Source: Auanema rhodensis (lineage: Eukaryota; Animalia; Nematoda). Taken from it: a stretch of 64,000 nucleotides of DNA. This document shows positions 55,001 to 64,000 of the stretch, piece by piece; position 1 is the first letter of the stretch; the number at the start of each line of letters is the position of its first letter. The DNA lies in contig OZ059897.1 of NCBI GenBank assembly GCA_964057225.1, positions 186,001 through 250,000 on the forward strand. The letters are read 5' to 3'. The notes below the pieces were generated by a model. That model was not told the DNA's origin and searched no databases. It saw nothing but the letters and a program-made list of their open reading frames with translations. The position numbers were made by a program, and so were the translations under genes.

Positions 55001-58000
55001 GCTTAAAAATGCACCGAGATATCAACTGATATAAGTTCACACTTATATCCTCGATTTTCACCCTGAAGAATTAATTTTTTCGTTGAATAACATTGTCCAT
55101 CGTCTTTGCCTTGAAAAAAGAAATCTAAAAACATCTACTTTTTGCTAAATTATTTTGAAATTTTTCGAAAAAATTTTTGTCAAAATGTTTTTGGAAGCAA
55201 TGTTGAGTGTACATGGAAACTCAACATACACTAATGCATCATTTTTCAAACGATCATAACTAATTTTTGTATTAAGCGTTTCTCAATGTAGTATAGTGCA
55301 TTCGATGCGGATTTTTAAGCTGCGTCGATCTGTGTTATCAGATTTGCGCTAGCTTAAAAATGCACCGAGATATCAACTGATATAAGTTCACACTTATATC
55401 CTCGATTTTCACCCTGAAGAATTAATTTTTTCGTTGAATAACATTGTCCATCGTCTTTGCCTTGAATAAAGGAATCTAAAAACATCTACTTTTTGCTAAA
55501 TTATTTTGAAATTTTTCGAAAAAATTTTTGTCAAAATGTTTTTGGAAGCAATGTTGAGTGTACATGGAAACTCAACATACACTAATGCATCATTTTTCAA
55601 ACGATCATAACTAATTTTTGTATTAAGCGTTTCTCAATGTAGTATAGTGCATTCGATGCGGATTTTTAAGCTGCGTCGATCTGTGTTATCAGATTTGCGC
55701 TAGCTTAAAAATGCACCGAGATATCAACTGATATAAGTTCACACTTATATCCTCGATTTTCACCCTGAAGGAATAATTTTTTCGTTGAATAACATTGTCC
55801 ATCGTCTTTGCCTTGAAAAAAGGAATCTAAAAACATCTACTTTTTGCTAAATTATTTTGAAATTTTTCGAAAAAATTTTTGTCAAAATGTTTTTGGAAGC
55901 AATGTTGAGTGTACATGGAAACTCAACATACACTAATGCATCATTTTTCAAACGATCATAACTAATTTTTGTATTAAGCGTTTCTCAATGTAGTATAGTG
56001 CATTCGATGCGGATTTTTAAGCTGCGTCGATCTGTGTTATCAGATTTGCGCTAGCTTAAAAATGCACCGAGATATCAACTGATATAAGTTCACACTTATA
56101 TCCTCCATTTTCACCCTGAAGGAATAATTTTTTCGTTGAATAACATTGTCCATCGTCTTTGCCTTGAAAAAAGGAATCTAAAAACATCTACTCTTTGCTA
56201 AATTATTTTGAAATTTTTCGAAAAAATTTTTGTCAAAATGTTTTTGGAAGCAATGTTGAGTGTACATGGAAACTCAACATACACTAATGCATCATTTTTC
56301 AAACGATCATAACTAATTTTTGTATTGAGCGTTTCTCAATGTAGTATAGTGCATTCGATGCGGATTTTTAAGCTGCGTCGATCTGTGTTATCAGATTTGC
56401 GCTAGCTTAAAAATGCACCGAGATATCAACTGATATAAGTTCACACTTATATCCTCGATTTTCACCCTGAAGAATTAATTTTTTCGTTGAATAACATTGT
56501 CCATCGTCTTTGCCTTGAAAAAAGAAATCTAAAAACATCTACTTTTTGCTAAATTATTTTGAAATTTTTCGAAAAAATTTTTGTCAAAATGTTTTTGGAA
56601 GCATTGTTGAGTGTACATGGAAACTCAACATACACTAATGCATCATTTTTCAAACGATCATAACTAATTTTTGTATTAAGCGTTTCTCAATGTAGTATAG
56701 TGCATTCGATGCGGATTTTTAAGCTGCGTCGATCTGTGTTATCAGATTTGCGCTAGCTTAAAAATGCACCGAGATATCAACTGATATAAGTTCACACTTA
56801 TATCCTCGATTTTCACCCAGAAGAATTAATTTTTTCGTTGAATAACATTGTCCATCGTCTTTGCCTTGAAAAATGGAATCTAAAAACATCTACTTTTTGC
56901 TAAATTATTTTGAAATTTTTCGAAAAAATTTTTGTCAAAATGTTTTTGGAAGCAATGTTGAGTGTACATGGAAACTCAACATACACTAATGCATCATTTT
57001 TCAAACGATCATAACTAATTTTTGTATTAAGCGTTTCTCAATGAAGTATAGTGCATTCGATGCGGATTTTTAAGCTGCGTCGATCTGTGTTATCAGATTT
57101 GCGCTAGCTTAAAAATGCACCGAGATATCAACTGATATATGTTCACACTTATATCCTCGATTTTCACCCTGAAGAATTAATTTTTTCGTTGAATAACATT
57201 GTCCATCGTCTTTGCCTTAAATAAAGGAATCTAAAAACATCTACTTTTTGCTAAATTATTTTGAAATTTTTCGAAAAAATTTTTGTCAAAATGTTTTTGG
57301 AAGCATTGTTGAGTGTACATGGAAACTCAACATACACTAATGCATCATTTTTCAAACGATCATAACTAATTTTTGTATTAAGCGTTTCTCAATGTAGTAT
57401 AGTGCATTCGATGCGGATTTTTAAGCTGCGTCGATCTGTGTTATCAGATTTGCGCTAGCTTAAAAATGCACCGAGATATCAACTGATATAAGTTCACACT
57501 TATATCCTCGATTTTCACCCTGAAGAATTAATTTTTTCGTTGAATAACATTGTCCATCGTCTTTGCCTTGAATAAAGGAATCTAAAAACATCTACTTTTT
57601 GCTAAATTATTTTGAAATTTTTCGAAAAAATTTTTGTCAAAATGTTTTTGGAAGCAATGTTGAGTGTACATGGAAACTCAACATACACTAATGCATCATT
57701 TTTCAAACGATCATAACTAATTTTTGTATTAAGCGTTTCTCAATGAAGTATAGTGCATTCGATGCGGATTTTTAAGCTGCGTCGATCTGTGTTATCAGAT
57801 TTGCGCTAGCTTAAAAATGCACCGAGATATCAACTGATATATGTTCACACTTATATCCTCGATTTTCACCCTGAAGAATTAATTTTTTCGTTGAATAACA
57901 TTGTCCATCGTCTTTGCCTTAAATAAAGGAATCTAAAAACATCTACTTTTTGCTAAATTATTTTGAAATTTTTCGAAAAAATTTTTGTCAAAATGTTTTT

Positions 58001-61000
58001 GGAAGCATTGTTGAGTGTACATGGAAACTCAACATACACTAATGCATCATTTTTCAAACGATCATAACTAATTTTTGTATTAAGCGTTTCTCAATGTAGT
58101 ATAGTGCATTCGATGCGGATTTTTAAGCTGCGTCGATCTGTGTTATCAGATTTGCGCTAGCTTAAAAATGCACCGAGATATCAACTGATATAAGTTCACA
58201 CTTATATCCTCGATTTTCACCCTGAAGAATTAATTTTTTCGTTGAATAACATTGTCCATCGTCTTTGCCTTGAAAAAAGAAATCTAAAAACATCTACTTT
58301 TTGCTAAATTATTTTGAAATTTTTCGAAAAAATTTTTGTCAAAATGTTTTTGGAAGCAATGTTGAGTGTACATGGAAACTCAACATACACTAATGCATCA
58401 TTTTTCAAACGATCATAACTAATTTTTGTATTAAGCGTTTCTCAATGTAGTATAGTGCATTCGATGCGGATTTTTAAGCTGCGTCGATCTGTGTTATCAG
58501 ATTTGCGCTAGCTTAAAAATGCACCGAGATATCAACTGATATAAGTTCACACTTATATCCTCGATTTTCACCCTGAAGAATTAATTTTTTCGTTGAATAA
58601 CATTGTCCATCGTCTTTGCCTTGAATAAAGGAATCTAAAAACATCTACTTTTTGCTAAATTATTTTGAAATTTTTCGAAAAAATTTTTGTCAAAATGTTT
58701 TTGGAAGCAATGTTGAGTGTACATGGAAACTCAACATACACTAATGCATCATTTTTCAAACGATCATAACTAATTTTTGTATTAAGCGTTTCTCAATGAA
58801 GTATAGTGCATTCGATGCGGATTTTTAAGCTGCGTCGATCTGTGTTATCAGATTTGCGCTAGCTTAAAAATGCACCGAGATATCAACTGATATATGTTCA
58901 CACTTATATCCTCGATTTTCACCCTGAAGAATTAATTTTTTCGTTGAATAACATTGTCCATCGTCTTTGCCTTAAATAAAGGAATCTAAAAACATCTACT
59001 TTTTGCTAAATTATTTTGAAATTTTTCGAAAAAATTTTTGTCAAAATGTTTTTGGAAGCATTGTTGAGTGTACATGGAAACTCAACATACACTAATGCAT
59101 CATTTTTCAAACGATCATAACTAATTTTTGTATTAAGCGTTTCTCAATGTAGTATAGTGCATTCGATGCGGATTTTTAAGCTGCGTCGGATCTGTGTTAT
59201 CAGATTTGCGCTAGCTTAAAAATGCACCGAGATATCAACTGATATAAGTTCACACTTATATCCTCGATTTTCACCCTGAAGAATTAATTTTTTCGTTGAA
59301 TAACATTGTCCATCGTCTTTGCCTTGAAAAATGGAATCTAAAAACATCTACTTTTTGCTAAATTATTTTGAAATTTTTCGAAAAAATTTTTGTCAAAATG
59401 TTTTTGGAAGCAATGTTGAGTGTACATGGAAACTCAACATACACTAATGCATCATTTTTCAAACGATCATAACTAATTTTTGTATTAAGCGTTTCTCAAT
59501 GAAGTATAGTGCATTCGATGCGGATTTTTAAGCTGCGTCGATCTGTGTTATCAGATTTGCGCTAGCTTAAAAATACACCGAGATATCAACTGATATATGT
59601 TCACACTTATATCCTCGATTTTCACCCTGAAGAATTAATTTTTTCGTTGAATAACATTGTCCATCGTCTTTGCCTTAAATAAAGGAATCTAAAAACATCT
59701 ACTTTTTGCTAAATTATTTTGAAATTTTTCGAAAAAATTTTTGTCAAAATGTTTTTGGAAGCATTGTTGAGTGTACATGGAAACTCAACATACACTAATG
59801 CATCATTTTTCAAACGATCATAACTAATTTTTGTATTAAGCGTTTCTCAATGTAGTATAGTGCATTCGATGCGGATTTTTAAGCTGCGTCGATCTGTGTT
59901 ATCAGATTTGCGCTAGCTTAAAAATGCACCGAGATATCAACTGATATAAGTTCACACTTATATCCTCGATTTTCACCCAGAAGAATTAATTTTTTCGTTG
60001 AATAACATTGTCCATCGTCTTTGCCTTGAAAAATGGAATCTAAAAACATCTACTTTTTGCTAAATTATTTTGAAATTTTTCGAAAAAATTTTTGTCAAAA
60101 TGTTTTTGGAAGCAATGTTGAGTGTACATGGAAACTCAACATACACTAATGCATCATTTTTCAAACGATCATAACTAATTTTTGTATTAAGCGTTTCTCA
60201 ATGTAGTATAGTGCATTCGATGCGGATTTTTAAGCTGCGTCGATCTGTGTTATCAGATTTGCGCTAGCTTAAAAATGCACCGAGATATCAACTGATATAA
60301 GTTCACACTTATATCCTCGATTTTCACCCTGAAGAATTAATTTTTTCGTTGAATAACATTGTCCATCGTCTTTGCCTTAAATAAAGGAATCTAAAAACAT
60401 CTACTTTTTGCTAAATTATTTTGAAATTTTTCGAAAAAATTTTTGTCAAAATGTTTTTGGAAGCAATGTTGAGTGTACATGGAAACTCAACATACACTAA
60501 TGCATCATTTTTCAAACGATCATAACTAATTTTTGTATTAAGCGTTTCTCAATGTAGTATAGTGCATTCGATGCGGATTTTTAAGCTGCGTCGATCTGTG
60601 TTATCAGATTTGCGCTAGCTTAAAAATGCATCGAGATATCAACTGATATAAGTTCACACTTATATCCTCGATTTTCACCCTGAAGGAATAATTTTTTCGT
60701 TGAATAACATTGTCCATCGTCTTTGCCTTGAAAAAAGGAATCTAAAAACATCTACTTTTTGCTAAATTATTTTGAAATTTTTCGAAAAAATTTTTGTCAA
60801 AATGTTTTTGGAAGCATTGTTGAGTGTACATGGAAACTCAACATACACTAATGCATCATTTTTCAAACGATCATAACTAATTTTTGTATTAAGCGTTTCT
60901 CAATGTAGTATAGTGCATTCGATGCGGATTTTTAAGCTGCGTCGATCTCTGTTATCAGATTTGCGCTAGCTTAAAAATGCACCGAGATATCAACTGATAT

Positions 61001-64000
61001 AAGTTCACACTTATATCCTCGATTTTCACCCTGAAGGAATAATTTTTTCGTTGAATAACATTGTCCATCATCTTTGCCTTGAAAAAAGGAATCTAAAAAC
61101 ATCTACTTTTTGCTAAATTATTTTGAAATTTTTCGAAAAAATTTTTGTCAAAATGTTTTTGGAAGCAATGTTGAGTGTACATGGAAACTCAACATACACT
61201 AATGCATCATTTTTCAAACGATCATAACTAATTTTTGTATTAAGCGTTTCTCAATGTAGTATAGTGCATTCGATGCGGATTTTTAAGCTGCGTCGATCTG
61301 TGTTATCAGATTTGCGCTAGCTTAAAAATGCACCGAGATATCAACTGATATAAGTTCACACTTATATCCTCGATTTTCACCCTGAAGGAATAATTTTTTC
61401 GTTGAATAACATTGTCCATCATCTTTGCCTTGAAAAAAGGAATCTAAAAACATCTACTTTTTGCTAAATTATTTTGAAATTTTTCGAAAAAATTTTTGTC
61501 AAAATGTTTTTGGAAGCAATGTTGAGTGTACATGGAAACTCAACATACACTAATGCATCATTTTTCAAACGATCATAACTAATTTTTGTATTAAGCGTTT
61601 CTCAATGTAGTATAGTGCATTCGATGCGGATTTTTAAGCTGCGTCGATCTGTGTTATCAGATTTGCGCTAGCTTAAAAATGCACCGAGATATCAACTGAT
61701 ATAAGTTCACACTTATATCCTCGATTTTCACCCTGAAGAATTAATTTTTTCGTTGAATAACATTGTCCATCGTCTTTGCCTTGAATGAAGGAATCTAAAA
61801 ACATCTACTTTTTGCTAAATTATTTTGAAATTTTTCGAAAAAATTTTTGTCAAAATGTTTTTGGAAGCAATGTTGAGTGTACATGGAAACTCAACATACA
61901 CTAATGCATCATTTTTCAAACGATCATAACTAATTTTCGTATTAAGCGTTTCTCAATGTAGTATAGTGCATTCGATGCGGATTTTTAAGCTGCGTCGATC
62001 TGTGTTATCAGATTTGCGCTAGCTTAAAAATGCACCGAGATATCAACTGATATAAGTTCACACTTATATCCTCGATTTTCACCCTGAAGAATTAATTTTT
62101 TCGTTGAATAACATTGTCCATCGTCTTTGCCTTGAATAAAAAAATCTAAAAACATCTACTTTTTGCTAAATTATTTTGAAATTTTTCGAAAAAATTTTTG
62201 TCAAAATGTTTTTGGAAGCAATGTTGAGTGTACATGGAAACTCAACATACACTAATGCATCATTTTTCAAACGATCATAACTAATTTTTGTATTAAGCGT
62301 TTCTCAATGTAGTATAGTGCATTCGATGCGGATTTTTAAGCTGCGTCGATCTGTGTTATCAGATTTGCGCTAGCTTAAAAATGCACCGAGATATCAACTG
62401 ATATAAGTTCACACTTATATCCTCGATTTTCACCCTGAAGGAATAATTTTTTCGTTGAATAACATTGTCCATCGTCTTTGCCTTGAAAAAAGGAATCTAA
62501 AAACATCTACTTTTTGCTAAATTATTTTGAAATTTTTCGAAAAAATTTTTGTCAAAATGTTTTTGGAAGCAATGTTGAGTGTACATGGAAACTCAACATA
62601 CACTAATGCATCATTTTTCAAACGATCATAACTAATTTTTGTATTAAGCGTTTCTCAATGTAGTATAGTGCATTCGATGCGGATTTTTAAGCTGCGTCGA
62701 TCTGTGTTATCAGATTTGCGCTAGCTTAAAAATGCACCGAGATATCAACTGATATAAGTTCACACTTATATCCTCGATTTTCACCCTGAAGGAATAATTT
62801 TTTCGTTGAATAACATTGTCCATCGTCTTTGCCTTGAAAAAAGGAATCTAAAAACATCTACTTTTTGCTAAATTATTTTGAAATTTTTCGAAAAAATTTT
62901 TGTCAAAATGTTTTTGGAAGCATTGTTGAGTGTACATGGAAACTCAACATACACTAATGCATCATTTTTCAAACGATCATAACTAATTTTTGTATTAAGC
63001 GTTTCTCAATGTAGTATAGTGCATTCGATGCGGATTTTTAAGCTGCGTCGATCTGTGTTATCAGATTTGCGCTAGCTTAAAAATGCACCGAGATATCAAC
63101 TGATATAAGTTCACACTTATATCCTCGATTTTCACCCTGAAGGAATAATTTTTTCGTTGAATAACATTGTCCATCGTCTTTGCCTTGAATAAAGCAATCT
63201 AAAAACACCTACTTTTTGCTAAATTATTTTGAAATTTTTCGAAAAAATTTTTGTCAAAATGTTTTTGGAAGCAATGTTGAGTGTACATGGAAACTCAACA
63301 TACACTAATGCATCATTTTTCAAACGATCATAACTAATTTTTGTATTGAGCGTTTCTCAATGTAGTATAGTGCATTCGATGCGGATTTTTAAGCTGCGTC
63401 GATCTGTGTTATCAGATTTGCGCTAGCTTAAAAATGCACCGAGATATCAACTGATATAAGTTCACACTTATATCCTCGATTTTCACCCTGAAGAATTAAT
63501 TTTTTCGTTGAATAACATTGTCCATCGTCTTTGCCTTGAAAAAAGTAATCTAAAAACATCTACTTTTTGCTAAATTATTTTGAAATTTTTCGAAAAAATT
63601 TTTGTCAAAATGTTTTTGGAAGCATTGTTGAGTGTACATGGAAACTCAACATACACTAATGCATCATTTTTCAAACGATCATAACTAATTTTTGTATTAA
63701 GCGTTTCTCAATGTAGTATAGTGCATTCGATGCGGATTTTTAAGCTGCGTCGATCTGTGTTATCAGATTTGCGCTAGCTTAAAAATGCACCGAGATATCA
63801 ACTGATATAAGTTCACACTTATATCCTCGATTTTCACCCAGAAGAATTAATTTTTTCGTTGAATAACATTGTCCATCGTCTTTGCCTTGAAAAATGGAAT
63901 CTAAAAACATCTACTTTTTGCTAAATTATTTTGAAATTTTTCGAAAAAATTTTTGTCAAAATGTTTTTGGAAGCAATGTTGAGTGTACATGGAAACTCAA
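40015..64000 (+). repeat. Sub-domain C (monomers 115-183): variant set T308A, T182A, C258T, A167G, G14A, GG13-14AA; irregular 6-11-mer higher-order repeats
   Basis: CCCAGAAG (T308A) at 40322, 41375, 48044, 50150, 53660, 56819, 59979 and 63840. C144G last seen at 39456, A250G at 34999 and T48C at 36903. Confidence 0.75.

Larger units (their letters stand above)
1..64000. repeat. Homogeneous satellite DNA array, 351-bp monomer, ~182.3 head-to-tail copies; extends beyond both window edges
   Basis: The motif GCCTT(G/A)A...ATCTAAAAACA recurs at 1, 352, 703, 1054 ... 7021 (1+20x351), 14041, 21061, 28081, 35101, 42121, 49141 and 56161, then shifted by +1 at 59321 ... 63884. No inversion, foreign insertion or truncated monomer seen. 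Confidence 0.99.

Noticed and set aside
1-64000. CRISPR array or other repeat-spacer system
   Set aside because: There are no unique spacers: the entire 351 bp is repeated, and there are no cas-like ORFs.

Overview
The whole 64,000-bp window is one uninterrupted, head-to-tail, same-orientation tandem array of an AT-rich 351-bp monomer (about 31% GC by hand count of the consensus). It has 182 complete monomers plus a 117-bp partial copy. Monomer n starts at 1+351(n-1) up to monomer 169, and one base later from monomer 170 on, because of a single extra G at 59188-59189. Copies differ by a few substitutions each (roughly 97-100% identical by eye). I see no genes, RNA genes, CRISPR spacers or transposon insertions, and the single listed ORF is a by-product of one private SNP. 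The array is best read as eukaryotic satellite DNA (centromeric/pericentromeric or subtelomeric type); I cannot name the family or the organism. There is informative structure at two scales. (1) Inside the monomer is a chain of dyad symmetries, including a ~51-nt imperfect hairpin and two 9-bp stems, and several recurrent variants fall on paired positions. (2) Across the array, shared diagnostic SNPs define sub-domains and nested multi-monomer duplications (offsets of 2, 4, 6, 9, 16/17, 30 and 55 monomers). Variant names (e.g. G203C) use monomer coordinates with window position 1 = monomer position 1. All variant calls were read by eye and need alignment-based confirmation. I found no demonstrable novel protein-coding or ribozyme system.
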